The notes below the pieces were generated by a model, which was not told where the DNA came from, ran no database searches, and saw nothing but the letters and a program-made list of their open reading frames with translations. A DNA stretch of 64,000 nucleotides from an uncultured Bacteroidota bacterium (GTDB lineage Bacteria; Bacteroidota; Bacteroidia; NS11-12g; UBA955), in contig CALMKH010000049.1 of NCBI GenBank assembly GCA_937867025.1, positions 192 through 64,191 on the forward strand. Reading direction: 5' to 3'. The stretch's first letter is position 1. Each line of letters starts with the position of its first letter. This document shows positions 39,600 through 49,909 of this stretch, in pieces. The translations under genes were made by a program, and so were the position numbers.

Positions 39600-40298
39600 A
39601 TGAAACGTTTATTATTTATCGCATGTACAGCCGTTGTTCTGGCTTCATGCGGGGACAAAAAATCAAGCGCCAAAAAATTGCCGCTGAAGTCGCCTAAGGA
39701 TACATTTTCTTATGCCATGGGGGCTATTTTCGGTGTAAACTTTAATGAGGAAAAGATCACCGATATCAACTGGGACGTGTTCAGGTCGGCTATGGAAGAA
39801 GGCATGAAAAACGGCAACAAGAATCTGTTGATGGATATACAGGCCCTGGGCATGTATGCCACAAACTACCAGCTTGAGATCAAGTACGGCCCTAATAAAA
39901 AAGAAGGTGAAGAATACATAAAAAAACATAAAGGTGAAGGATATACTGAAAGGCCGTCGGGAATCCTATTCAAGGAATTGAAACCGGGGACAGGGGTTAA
40001 ACCCACTATCACCGACACAGTGCTGGTATTTTACAAGGGTGAACTGACCGATGGCAAGATTTTCGACTCCAATATGGATCGCCAACCCATGAAAGTACCG
40101 ATGAACAGCACCAGGATGATGCCGGGTTTCATGGAAGCCCTAACCCTTATGACAGAAGGCTCTGAGGCTAAAGTGATCATTCCTTATGAACTGGCTTACG
40201 GCAAGGAGGGAATGCAGAATCCTTATTCCAGGGAAGGCGGAATTGAAGGGTATGAAACCCTTATTTTCACGCTGAAAATGGACAGCATTAAGAAATAG
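39600..40298 (+). CDS. FKBP-type peptidyl-prolyl isomerase, lipoprotein
   Basis: LASC lipobox, SYAMG, YKGEL.DG.IFDS and IPYELAYG; TACTTTTG promoter element at 39580-39587. Confidence 0.92.
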   Translation: MKRLLFIACTAVVLASCGDKKSSAKKLPLKSPKDTFSYAMGAIFGVNFNEEKITDINWDVFRSAMEEGMKNGNKNLLMDIQALGMYATNYQLEIKYGPNKKEGEEYIKKHKGEGYTERPSGILFKELKPGTGVKPTITDTVLVFYKGELTDGKIFDSNMDRQPMKVPMNSTRMMPGFMEALTLMTEGSEAKVIIPYELAYGKEGMQNPYSREGGIEGYETLIFTLKMDSIKK

Positions 40299-40321
40299 AA
40301 GTTTAAAAAATTTCCTTATAG

Positions 40322-40352
40322 AAAACCGGCTTTCTTCAAGGCCGGTTTTTTT
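40322..40352 (+). terminator. Rho-independent terminator
   Basis: Stem AAAACCGGC..GCCGGTTTT followed by a T-run. Confidence 0.8.
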
Positions 40353-40464
40353 CATTTACCCCCCTGCCCCCCGGGTAAGTTCATGGAGATGCCCTGCTCA
40401 TATCCGGCATGTGAATAAAAACCGTCAGCAGATAACGAATAACTGATCAACTATTTTCCTATTT

Positions 40465-41595
40465 TTGCGTCACTTGAAATTTTCAGAAATTCACGGGCAC
40501 CAGGAGTTAAAACTCAATCTCGCTTCCGTTATAAGGCAGGGTCGGATACCGCACGCACAAATGGTGATTGCCCGCGAAGGCTCAGGCGCATTGCCTCTTG
40601 CCCTGGCATACGCTCAATATACAAGCTGCACCAACAAAGCAGGGGACGACAGCTGCGGCACATGCGCTTCGTGTGTAAAATATGCCCAGTTGATACATCC
40701 CGACCTGCATCTTTCATTCCCCATTTTCGGATCCTCTGAGACCTGCGATGATTTTATACAGGCCTTCAGGGAAGCTTTCCTTTCCAACCATATGCTGACG
40801 CTGAATGACTGGCTGAGAAGCATAGGCGGGGAAAACAAAAGGCCTAACATCAATATCAGGGAATGCAGGAATATTATAAAAAAGCTCTCGCTCAGACCTT
40901 ATGAAAGCGATTTCAAGGTGCTGATCATGTGGCTGCCCGAATACCTGGGCAAGGAAGGCAATGTGCTGCTGAAGCTGTTGGAAGAGCCTCCCCATAATAC
41001 ATTATTCCTCCTCGTTACGGAGAACCAGGATCAGATACTGACGACCATCATCTCGAGGACACAGTTTATCAAGGTTCCGGTTTACTCGTACCAGGAGATA
41101 GAGGCATATCTGGTTGGAAAGGAACTTTCAGTCCCGGATGTGGCAAGGAACATCGCCCTGATGGCGGAAGGCAACCTGAGCAAAGCTATAAGGCTTTCAG
41201 GAGAAATGGAGGACACGCAGTTTGAAAGTTTCAGGCAATGGCTGCTGGATTGTTATTCGGGCAATCTTGGCAAGATCATTTCGGAAGCCGACCAGTATTC
41301 CGAAAAAGGCAAGGAAGGCCTGAAGATGTTCCTGATGTACGGCATACAGATGGTGCGTTCGGCCTTACTGATACAGCATCAATCGATGGAAAACAAGCTC
41401 ACGGCGGGAGAAATTGAGTTTGTCGGCAAACTGGCCAGGCTGATACATCTTGAGAATGCGAGGGACATATACGAAGCGCTCAACCAGGCTATTTTTGAGA
41501 TAGACCGGAACGGAAGTATAAAATTAATCTTAATTAACTTATCTTTGAAGCTTAAATACAGTCTGAGACCTAAAGGCAATTTACAGACTGCATAA
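40465..41595 (+). CDS. holB: DNA polymerase III delta' subunit
   Basis: IPHAQ, CGTCASC, HPDLH, LLKLLEEPP and TIISR. Confidence 0.92.
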   Translation: MRHLKFSEIHGHQELKLNLASVIRQGRIPHAQMVIAREGSGALPLALAYAQYTSCTNKAGDDSCGTCASCVKYAQLIHPDLHLSFPIFGSSETCDDFIQAFREAFLSNHMLTLNDWLRSIGGENKRPNINIRECRNIIKKLSLRPYESDFKVLIMWLPEYLGKEGNVLLKLLEEPPHNTLFLLVTENQDQILTTIISRTQFIKVPVYSYQEIEAYLVGKELSVPDVARNIALMAEGNLSKAIRLSGEMEDTQFESFRQWLLDCYSGNLGKIISEADQYSEKGKEGLKMFLMYGIQMVRSALLIQHQSMENKLTAGEIEFVGKLARLIHLENARDIYEALNQAIFEIDRNGSIKLILINLSLKLKYSLRPKGNLQTA

Positions 41596-41621
41596 ACTAT
41601 AATTTAATCAATACGGATAAA

Positions 41622-42911
41622 ATGGGATGCGGAAGCTGCGGAACTACAGGGGGATGCGCGCCGGCCGGCTGTAAAAGCAACGGCTCATGCGCAACCGGTG
41701 GCTGCAATAAATTGAATGTATATAATTGGCTTAGCGATACGGCGATGCCCGATAATTACCAACCTTTTGACATTGTCGAAATACGTTTCAAGGGGAGCAG
41801 GAAAGAGTTTTTCAGGAACAAGAACGGGTTAGACCTGTACACAGGCGATGCCGTGGTGCTGGATGCGGATATGGGATACGATGTCGGGCACGTGTCCATC
41901 AGCGGTGAACTCGTGAGGCTGCAACTGAAGAAAAGAGGCATCAGCGAAAACTCGGATATGATTAAAAATATCCAGCGCCGCGCCACGGATAAGGATATTG
42001 AAAGATACGAGGAGGCCAAGGCCAGGGAAGCCAAGGTGCTGGAAAGAGCCAGGACAATAGCCCTTAATATGAGGCTTGAGATGAAACTCAGCGATATCGA
42101 GATACAGGGCGATAATAAAAAAGTCATATTCTTTTATACGGCGGAAAGCCGGGTGGATTTCAGGGAGCTTATCAAACGCTTCGCAGAGGAGTTCAAGCTG
42201 AGAATAGAAATGCGCCAGATAGGCTACAGGGAAGAAGCTTCGAGGCTTGGAGGCATAGGCAGTTGCGGCAGGGAACTTTGCTGCAGCACATGGCTCACCG
42301 ATTACAAGCTTGTCAACACATCTGCCGCGCGTTACCAGAATCTTTCCATCAATATGCTGAAACTCTCGGGACAATGCGGCAAACTAAAATGCTGTCTGAA
42401 TTACGAGCTGGATACGTATATGGAAGCGCTTGATGAATTCCCGAAAGCAAAAACGGTAAGGCTTGAAACCGTCATGGGACCTGCCATCATGGTAAAAACG
42501 GACATACTCAAACGTCTTACCTGGTTCTCTTACGAAGAAAAACACAGCTGGATATGCCTTCCGCTGGATACAGTGAATGAATATCTTGAACTCAATGCCA
42601 GGGGTGAAAAAGCGCCCGAACTGATCGGTGAGATTATAGAACCTAAATCATCTTCATCAGACAGTGAGAATTATGATCTTCCGATCGCGTCATCCGACCT
42701 GGCAAACGAAGATATTACAAGGCTGGATAGGAAAAACCCTAAGAAAAAGAAGAAAAAGAAAAAACCATCGGGGGGTGGGCCGCAGGGCAACGCCAGACCG
42801 GGTCAGCCTCAGAACAACGCCAATCCTTCCGGAAAACCTAATAACAACCAAGGAAGGCCTAACCAGAACAAGCCAAAACCGCCCAGGGACAATTCACCAA
42901 AACAGGGTTAA
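41622..42911 (+). CDS. ricT: PSP1/RicT (YaaT) family protein
   Basis: RVDFRELI, IEMRQIG, GSCGRELCC and SGQCGKLKCCL; Cys-rich N-terminus and low-complexity tail. Confidence 0.92.
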   Translation: MGCGSCGTTGGCAPAGCKSNGSCATGGCNKLNVYNWLSDTAMPDNYQPFDIVEIRFKGSRKEFFRNKNGLDLYTGDAVVLDADMGYDVGHVSISGELVRLQLKKRGISENSDMIKNIQRRATDKDIERYEEAKAREAKVLERARTIALNMRLEMKLSDIEIQGDNKKVIFFYTAESRVDFRELIKRFAEEFKLRIEMRQIGYREEASRLGGIGSCGRELCCSTWLTDYKLVNTSAARYQNLSINMLKLSGQCGKLKCCLNYELDTYMEALDEFPKAKTVRLETVMGPAIMVKTDILKRLTWFSYEEKHSWICLPLDTVNEYLELNARGEKAPELIGEIIEPKSSSSDSENYDLPIASSDLANEDITRLDRKNPKKKKKKKKPSGGGPQGNARPGQPQNNANPSGKPNNNQGRPNQNKPKPPRDNSPKQG

Positions 42912-43138
42912 AAAAGCCTGTAGCCAATTTTCATACTAAGTGTCAATTCTCTTCTGCCCGATCCGGTTCGCGGCAGCGTATCACCCGAAAACACCAGCTC
43001 ATGTATGTCCTTAGTGGTATCCAGGAAGATTGGCTTAAACCCATCTACCCGTTGAGGCACATTCGCAAAATTATCCTTTCTGACACAGGCAATCAGGTTT
43101 AAGGTCAATAACAGTGGTATAAGACCATATTTATTCAA
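42908..43138 (-). pseudogene. Short lipoprotein ORF, probably a truncated remnant
   Basis: TTG start, LIAC lipobox and GFKPIF segment; ends after 76 aa, overlapping the ricT stop. Confidence 0.45.
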
Positions 43139-43244
43139 ACTTCAAATAAAAAATAAATGAAAACCTTTAATGAAAAGTTAAATTCTCTAAAAATAATTAT
43201 CAAGTTTAGCAAATACACGCTTATTTTGCAGTGGTTATAATACT

Positions 43245-44513
43245 ATGCTTACCCTTAACGCCATAAGAAACAACACCCAGGAGACTATTGAAAGACTTGC
43301 CAAACGCGGAACAGATCGTTCTGAAGATATTGCCGAGGTTATCAGCATCGATGAAAACAAAAGGGCTAAACAGACATTGCTTGAGCAAAACCTTGCCAAG
43401 GCCAATATTATCTCCAGGGAAGTGGGTGAATTGTTCAAATCAGGGAACAAAGAGGAAGCCGACCGGAAAAAAGAAGAATCCGTCCGGTTGAAAGAGGAAT
43501 CCAAGCAGTTGGAAATGGAAGTTTCAGAGCTTGAGCAGCAGCTTTTGCAGAAACTTTACGAAATTCCCAATACGCCTCATGAAAAGGTCAGGAAAGGAAC
43601 TTCCGCAGAAGAAAATGAGGTGGTGTATGAATGGGGCGAAGAACCAAAATTGCCAGCCGGCGCCAAACCTCATTGGGAGCTTACAAGCCAGTACCAACTG
43701 GTGGATTTCGAGCTTGGCAACAAGATTGCAGGCGCAGGATTTCCTGTCTATACCGGCAAGGGAGCCCGGCTTCAGAGAGCCCTGATCAATTTTTTCCTGG
43801 ACGAAGCCCTGAGAGCGGGATATTATGAAGTGCAGCCGCCTGTTCTGGTGAACGAGGCAAGCGGGTTCGGTACAGGCCAGTTGCCTGACAAGGAAGGCCA
43901 GATGTACCATATAGGCGTTGACAATCTGTATTGCATTCCCACAGCTGAAGTACCTATTACCAATATGTACAGGGATGTCATTTTAAAGGAAGAAGACCTC
44001 CCCATTAAAAACGTTGGCTATACGCCCTGTTTCAGAAGAGAAGCGGGAAGTTACGGTTCGCATGTAAGGGGATTGAACAGGCTGCACCAGTTTGACAAAG
44101 TGGAGATCGTGCAGATAGCCCACCCCGATAAAAGTTATGAAATCCTTGAAGACATGGTAGACCATGTAAAAGGCCTGATGAAAAAACTTGGCCTGAAGTT
44201 CAGGATCCTGCGGCTTTGCGGGGGTGATATGGGTTTTGCCAGCGCTCTTACATATGATTTCGAAGCCTGGAGCGGAGCTCAGCAAAAATGGCTGGAAGTA
44301 AGCTCAACCTCCAACTTTGAAACGTTCCAGGCCAACCGGCTGAAATGCCGTTTTAAGTCAAAAGACGGTAAAAATGAGCTCGTCCATACACTAAACGGCA
44401 GTGCCCTTGCGTTACCCAGGATAGTGGCTTCGCTCCTTGAAAATTACCAGGCGGAAGACGGCATTCATTTACCCGAATGCCTGCATCCATACCTCGGTTT
44501 CTCAAAAATATAA
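43245..44513 (+). CDS. serS: Serine--tRNA ligase
   Basis: PTAEVP, FRREAG, RLHQFDKVE, EVSS.SN and TLNGSALA. Confidence 0.98.
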   Translation: MLTLNAIRNNTQETIERLAKRGTDRSEDIAEVISIDENKRAKQTLLEQNLAKANIISREVGELFKSGNKEEADRKKEESVRLKEESKQLEMEVSELEQQLLQKLYEIPNTPHEKVRKGTSAEENEVVYEWGEEPKLPAGAKPHWELTSQYQLVDFELGNKIAGAGFPVYTGKGARLQRALINFFLDEALRAGYYEVQPPVLVNEASGFGTGQLPDKEGQMYHIGVDNLYCIPTAEVPITNMYRDVILKEEDLPIKNVGYTPCFRREAGSYGSHVRGLNRLHQFDKVEIVQIAHPDKSYEILEDMVDHVKGLMKKLGLKFRILRLCGGDMGFASALTYDFEAWSGAQQKWLEVSSTSNFETFQANRLKCRFKSKDGKNELVHTLNGSALALPRIVASLLENYQAEDGIHLPECLHPYLGFSKI

Positions 44514-44518
44514 TCCTT

Positions 44519-45001
44519 TTGCACCCAAAACTCCTATTCATAACCATTTTCATTCTGCCGGCCATCGCTGCGAAAGCACAATTACCCTGCATTGATTCAG
44601 GAAGGGTTAACCCTACGTTCCAGTGCAATATACAGTTCTACGACCCGGTGTGCGGCTGCGACAATGTTACCTACCGCAACCAGTGCAATGCTTATAACAA
44701 CCACGGCGTTAACTCCTGGAGAAGTGGAGTCTGCAGCGGCCTGGACATGGACTTTTACCCTAACCCTGTCGGCCCCTCCACTCCCCTCACCATCAATCTG
44801 TCCTATGATGAATTCAAAACGGGGAATGCCGATGTCAAGATCATCGATATGTATGGTAAAGTATGGGAACAACGGATTATCAATAACTTTAACAGGATGA
44901 CCATACAGTTCGATGTCACTACGCTAAGGAGCGGAGTTTACCTGATAGTGGCTGTGAGCAGCGTGAATACTTTTGTCGTAAGGAAATTTTCAAAATACTA
45001 G
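44519..45001 (+). CDS. Kazal-type domain protein with T9SS type A CTD
   Basis: Signal peptide; C...YDPVCGCDNVTY.N.C; YPNP...DMYG...GVY...KF CTD. TTG start inferred. Confidence 0.82.
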   Translation: MHPKLLFITIFILPAIAAKAQLPCIDSGRVNPTFQCNIQFYDPVCGCDNVTYRNQCNAYNNHGVNSWRSGVCSGLDMDFYPNPVGPSTPLTINLSYDEFKTGNADVKIIDMYGKVWEQRIINNFNRMTIQFDVTTLRSGVYLIVAVSSVNTFVVRKFSKY

Positions 45002-45154
45002 GACATCCTGCCTCTTTGCCTGAAAAGCTTGTATGCCTCTGCGGACTACCTGAACACCTGCATTCTACATTGACATTTCGATCAAATCCATTTAAACATT
45101 GACCACCCTCATTGTGATTTTAATTTAAAAATATTAAAATTGTATAAATAAATC

Positions 45155-47395
45155 ATGCCCAGGCGTTTAAGATATATCATACTGAGCCTGGCCTTCATAA
45201 GCCTGATGAATGGCCATAGCCAGGACAGTGCAGTAGTCTTTAACATGGACCTTGAGAAACATGAGCATGGGGATTTCCTTCCCGACGGGTGGCAGGTCAT
45301 GGGTAGAGGGTACGACATTAACTCTGATTCTTTATTGAGCCATTCGGGGAAATATTCCATTCGCATTGATAAATCCAATAAACATTTTACCAATCAGTAC
45401 GGCGCCTGTGTGTTTGAGTTCTCACCTGCCTTTGAGGGCAAAAAGATAGAACTTCGGGGATTTCTTAAAACACGGCATGTCGCCAACGGGCGCGCAGGAC
45501 TCTGGATGCGGATCGATGGCGAATCCGGAACCTTGTCTTACGACAACATGGAGAACCATTCACTCGACGGAGATATCGACTGGACCGAATACAGCATCAA
45601 GCTGCACTTGCCTTCCAGCGCGGTCCGTATTTCTTTTGGTGCGCTGCTTACCGGCACCGGCACTGTCTGGGTGGATGATTTTACCTTGCTGGTTGACGGC
45701 GAAAGCATTCTCGGTACATTGCCTTCCAAAACGCCTTATTACAAGGCCGAAAAAGATCACGCGTTTGATAAGGGATCAGGTCTTGTCATAGGGAACCTGC
45801 TGCCGGCTCAGGTGGATAATCTTGCAGTCCTTGCAAAGGTTTGGGGGTTCCTGAAATATTACCATCCTGCTGTTGCGAGGGGCGAATATAACTGGGATTA
45901 TGAGCTGCTGAGAATACTTCCGAAAATCGTGTCGGTCAGGCATTCTTCCGAAAGAAACCAGGTACTTGCCGAATGGGTAAAGGGTTTGGGAACAGTAAAA
46001 AAAGGGGGAAATAAGCTCCCTAAATCAAAAAACGTTAAGCTCAGTCCCGATCTCGACTGGATTAACCCCGGTAATCTGGGGACAGAACTGGATGCGATGT
46101 TAAACAGGATCAGGAATTCAAAGCGGAGCGAACACCATTATTATATCGGCATTAACCAGCCGGTGGGAAATCCGGAGTTCAAACACGAGGCTTTATATAA
46201 AGAAAACAGCTTGCCCGACGACGGTTTCAGCTTATTATGCCTTTTCCGTTACTGGAATGCCATGCGGTATTTTAATCCTAACCGCCATCTTACCACAAGC
46301 GACTGGGATCAGGTGTTGCTAGAGTTCATTCCGCGTTTTGTCGGGCATCCGACAACAAGGTCCTATACCCTTACGGTAATGGAACTCATATGCAGGGTCG
46401 ACGACACGCATGCGGGTCTCAGCAACAACCGCGCAATGAAAGGCTACCTGGGCGCCAATATTTCCGCTGTGATGCTGAGTTTTGTGGAAGGGAAAATGGT
46501 TGTCACCGGTTTTTATGACACGTTCTATGGCCGCAAAACAGGCCTGAAACCGGGTGATATCATTGACAGCGTGAATGGAAGGCCTGTCGAGGAAATTATA
46601 GCAGAAAGAGTGCCCATTACAAAAGGTTCGAACACAGAAGCTAAAATGAGAGGTATCGCCGAAAGCCTTTTAAGGTCGAACAACGACCTGTTGCCCATCG
46701 TTTACAGGCGCGAAGGGGCTATATTCTCCACAAAACTTAAAACATACCGGGAAAATTACATCAACACTTACGTGCGGTTTGAAAGACCTGACACATGTTT
46801 CAGAATGGTGGACACCGGCATTGCATACCTGTACATGGGAAGTTTTATGAACAGCCACATTCCGGAGTTAATGCCCGAGATACTGAAGACAGATGCTCTG
46901 ATCGTGGATTTCAGGGCTTATCCCGCCGATTTTACAGTATTCACACTGCCATCTTACCTGCTGGACAAACCGGTCCCGTTTGTTAAATTCTCCACGGGAA
47001 GTGTCATGCATCCCGGTCTTTTTACATTACAGGACCACCTGGAAACGGGTGCAATCAATGCTGAAGCTTATAAAGGCCAGGTAATTATTCTTGTCAATGA
47101 AATCACCCAAAGCTCTGCCGAGTACCATGTCATGGCCCTGAGGACTGTGCCCGGTGTTATTGTTATGGGCAGCACTACGGCCGGAGCCGATGGCAATGTG
47201 TCAAAGATCAATCTGCCGGGAGGCATTGTTACATATATCAGCGGCATAGGCGTTTACTATCCGGATGGTCGTGAAACACAACGCATCGGCATTATTCCCG
47301 ATATTGTAGTCAAACCCACCATTGACGGGATAAAGGAAGGACGGGATGAAGTGCTTGAAAAGGCCATACAGGAAGTGAAAAGGATGAAGAATTAA
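45155..47395 (+). CDS. S41 family peptidase (N-terminal beta-sandwich, PDZ, protease domain)
   Basis: WGFLKYYHP, DDTH, LKPGDII, IVDFRAYP, TQSSAE, GSTTAGADG and GIIPDI. Confidence 0.9.
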   Translation: MPRRLRYIILSLAFISLMNGHSQDSAVVFNMDLEKHEHGDFLPDGWQVMGRGYDINSDSLLSHSGKYSIRIDKSNKHFTNQYGACVFEFSPAFEGKKIELRGFLKTRHVANGRAGLWMRIDGESGTLSYDNMENHSLDGDIDWTEYSIKLHLPSSAVRISFGALLTGTGTVWVDDFTLLVDGESILGTLPSKTPYYKAEKDHAFDKGSGLVIGNLLPAQVDNLAVLAKVWGFLKYYHPAVARGEYNWDYELLRILPKIVSVRHSSERNQVLAEWVKGLGTVKKGGNKLPKSKNVKLSPDLDWINPGNLGTELDAMLNRIRNSKRSEHHYYIGINQPVGNPEFKHEALYKENSLPDDGFSLLCLFRYWNAMRYFNPNRHLTTSDWDQVLLEFIPRFVGHPTTRSYTLTVMELICRVDDTHAGLSNNRAMKGYLGANISAVMLSFVEGKMVVTGFYDTFYGRKTGLKPGDIIDSVNGRPVEEIIAERVPITKGSNTEAKMRGIAESLLRSNNDLLPIVYRREGAIFSTKLKTYRENYINTYVRFERPDTCFRMVDTGIAYLYMGSFMNSHIPELMPEILKTDALIVDFRAYPADFTVFTLPSYLLDKPVPFVKFSTGSVMHPGLFTLQDHLETGAINAEAYKGQVIILVNEITQSSAEYHVMALRTVPGVIVMGSTTAGADGNVSKINLPGGIVTYISGIGVYYPDGRETQRIGIIPDIVVKPTIDGIKEGRDEVLEKAIQEVKRMKN

Positions 47396-47466
47396 ATCTG
47401 GGGTTTAATATTAAGAAGTGCAAAAAATGATTCTTACACTTTTTAACCAATAATATATAATTATCG

Positions 47467-48111
47467 ATGAATATTATAGAAAACCTGGCTACCACATTAA
47501 AACGCCGGGATGAGGTACCTAACCAGTTACTGGCTGAAAAGATTGCCAAAAGCGGGAATTCGTCGGCGGTAGACGAACTGATAGAATTGCTGGGTCATAA
47601 AAGCAAGGATATACAACATGATGCAATCAAGGTGCTGTATGAGATCGGAGAGAGAAAACCCGGACTAATCACCAGGCATTTGAAAGTGTTCCTTTCCCTG
47701 CTGAAGCACAGGAACAACCGCCTGCAGTGGGGAGGCATGACTGCCCTGGCCAGCCTGGTGGATGAAAATCCGCAGGGTATATATTCTTCCCTTCCCGATA
47801 TTATCAGCGCGGCAGAAAGCGGCTCGGTCATCACCCGCGACTATGCCATGAAGATACTGACAAGTCTGTATGGAAAGCCCCATTATCAGAATGATGTATT
47901 TCCGTTGTTTATCGAACAGCTAATGCGCTGTCCTGCCAACCAGCTGCCTATGTATGCCGAGAATATCCTCCCATTCATCGCAACACATCATGCCACAGCC
48001 TTTATGACCGTTCTCAGATCAAGACTGGACGATATGGAAAAAGAAAGCAAACGGAAACGGGTTGAAAAGGTGATAAGGAACCTTGAAAAAAAAGATTTAA
48101 CGCTCCCGTGA
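47467..48111 (+). CDS. HEAT/ARM-repeat-like hypothetical protein
   Basis: All-helical; RRDEVPNQ.LA, IKVLYEIG, NNRLQWGGM and SVITRD motifs. Confidence 0.75.
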   Translation: MNIIENLATTLKRRDEVPNQLLAEKIAKSGNSSAVDELIELLGHKSKDIQHDAIKVLYEIGERKPGLITRHLKVFLSLLKHRNNRLQWGGMTALASLVDENPQGIYSSLPDIISAAESGSVITRDYAMKILTSLYGKPHYQNDVFPLFIEQLMRCPANQLPMYAENILPFIATHHATAFMTVLRSRLDDMEKESKRKRVEKVIRNLEKKDLTLP

Positions 48112-48144
48112 CGTATTCATGACCCTTTACTACGCTGACAGGCG

Positions 48145-48297
48145 ATGCATGATCCTGTTCAGGATTATACACAATCAGTATCCTTTCTTCCGGGAACCTC
48201 TCATATAATTGACATCAACGGCATGACTCCCGGTTACTATTTACTTCAGGCCGAATCCGGTGGAAAAACAGCCTGCAGGAAATTTATTACGGAATAA
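48145..48297 (+). pseudogene. Orphan C-terminal half of a T9SS type A sorting domain (50 aa, not in the ORF track)
   Basis: Translates ...IIDINGMTPGYYLLQAESGGKTACRKFITE*; no signal peptide or cargo domain upstream. Confidence 0.6.
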
Positions 48298-48431
48298 GCG
48301 GACAGTTTAATATTTGGTTCACAAGGGGTTAATTTCCATTGTCCACAATATCAGCGTGAGGGGATAAAATCTTAATAACCTCACAACAAGTCAATATTGC
48401 TTTATCGTAAATTTCAGCTTTGAAATAAAGC

Positions 48432-49841
48432 GTGTTTGCTGTTATCGATATAGAGACCACCGGTGGAAAACCTGAGTCGGATAAAATCACCGAAATCGCC
48501 ATTATCCTTCATGACGGAAAAGAAGTGGTAAGACGTTTCAGCACATTGGTGAATCCCCGCTGCCGCATCCCCTCTCCCATCATACAGTTAACCGGCATCA
48601 CCAATGAAATGGTGGAGAAGGCCCCCATGTTCCATGAGATAGCGAGGGACATCATAGAACTTACGGAAAATGCCGTTTTTGTAGCACATAATGTACGTTT
48701 TGACTATGGTTTCATCAAAGCCGCGTTTAAAGACCTTGGGTATACGTATACCAGGAAACCCCTTTGCACAGTAAGGTTAAGCAGAACGGTTTTCCCGGGA
48801 CTTACGTCCTATAGTCTCGGAAAACTCTGCAAAAGCCTTGACATTCAGATCGAGAACCGCCACAGGGCTTTGGGAGACGCCGAAGCCACAGCCATACTTC
48901 TGGGAAAGATCCTGGAAGAAAAGGAGACAAACGAATGGGAATCCTGGCTTACAAGGGAAAGCCGCAAAACCTCGATTCCTCCTTTGCTTAAGGAATCTGT
49001 TTTTGAAGCCATACCTGCAGGCATTACGGGCGTATATTATTTTCATAATGACGGTGGGCATGTGATTTATATAGGTAAAAGCACGGATATCAGGAAAAGG
49101 ATGCTTCAGCATTTTGCCATTACTGCGAAGGATGGGAAAAGGGCGAGACAGCTCAAGCACGAAATAGCCGACATCAGTTATCAGGAAACAGGAAGTGAGT
49201 TGCTTGCATTGCTTCTGGAGTCCGACGAGATTAAAAAACAGAAACCGATATACAATGTGGCACTGAAAAAGGTAAGAGCTACTCCCTATTACGGTATTTT
49301 CACATCTTATGATGCTTCGGGCTATATCAATTTCCAGATGGAAAAGCTAAAGGATGGTCATGAGCCTTTCATTACTTCAGACAATCAGCATGAGGCCCGG
49401 AAACTCCTTTACAGGCTGGTTGAGAATTTCCAGCTTTGCCAGAGCAAATGCCATTTACACCACCAGTCCGGGGCATGCTTCGATCATCATCTGCATAAAT
49501 GCAAAGGAGCATGTGTAGAGAAGGAAGACTGTGAATCTTATAATGAGCGCGCCATGCGGGCCATCAGGAAACACGGTTTTCAGAATGAACATTTTATGAT
49601 AATGGATAAAGGCCGCCATGCGCATGAACGGTCGGTCGTATGCGTGGAGCAGGGCCGGTATAAAGGTTTCGGATACATCGATGTGTCAGCGGGAGCCCCT
49701 GGCACGGCTGAACTGCGGGCCTGTATCAGGCCGTATGCCCATAACAGGGATATCCAGCAGATATTGTGTACGTATTTAAGGAAAACGCATGAGAAGATCG
49801 TGTATTCCCCGGAAGAGGTGCAGTTGAGAATGGAGAGTTGA
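48432..49841 (+). CDS. DEDDh 3'-5' exonuclease (DnaQ-like) fused to a GIY-YIG/UvrC-like nuclease
   Basis: DIETTG, AHNVRFD and HRALGDA; GVYYF..IYIGKS..IRKR; Cys cluster. Confidence 0.92.
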   Translation: MFAVIDIETTGGKPESDKITEIAIILHDGKEVVRRFSTLVNPRCRIPSPIIQLTGITNEMVEKAPMFHEIARDIIELTENAVFVAHNVRFDYGFIKAAFKDLGYTYTRKPLCTVRLSRTVFPGLTSYSLGKLCKSLDIQIENRHRALGDAEATAILLGKILEEKETNEWESWLTRESRKTSIPPLLKESVFEAIPAGITGVYYFHNDGGHVIYIGKSTDIRKRMLQHFAITAKDGKRARQLKHEIADISYQETGSELLALLLESDEIKKQKPIYNVALKKVRATPYYGIFTSYDASGYINFQMEKLKDGHEPFITSDNQHEARKLLYRLVENFQLCQSKCHLHHQSGACFDHHLHKCKGACVEKEDCESYNERAMRAIRKHGFQNEHFMIMDKGRHAHERSVVCVEQGRYKGFGYIDVSAGAPGTAELRACIRPYAHNRDIQQILCTYLRKTHEKIVYSPEEVQLRMES

Positions 49842-49870
49842 GAATGGATAATGGATAGTTGAGAATGAAA
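49824..49870. repeat. Heptamer tandem repeat (TTGAGAA/TGGATAA type)
   Basis: TTGAGAA TGGAGAG TTGAGAA TGGATAA TGGATAG TTGAGAA. Confidence 0.8.
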
Positions 49871-49909
49871 TAAGAGAGATATCTTATTTTCGCATCGCTA
49901 TAAATCCTT

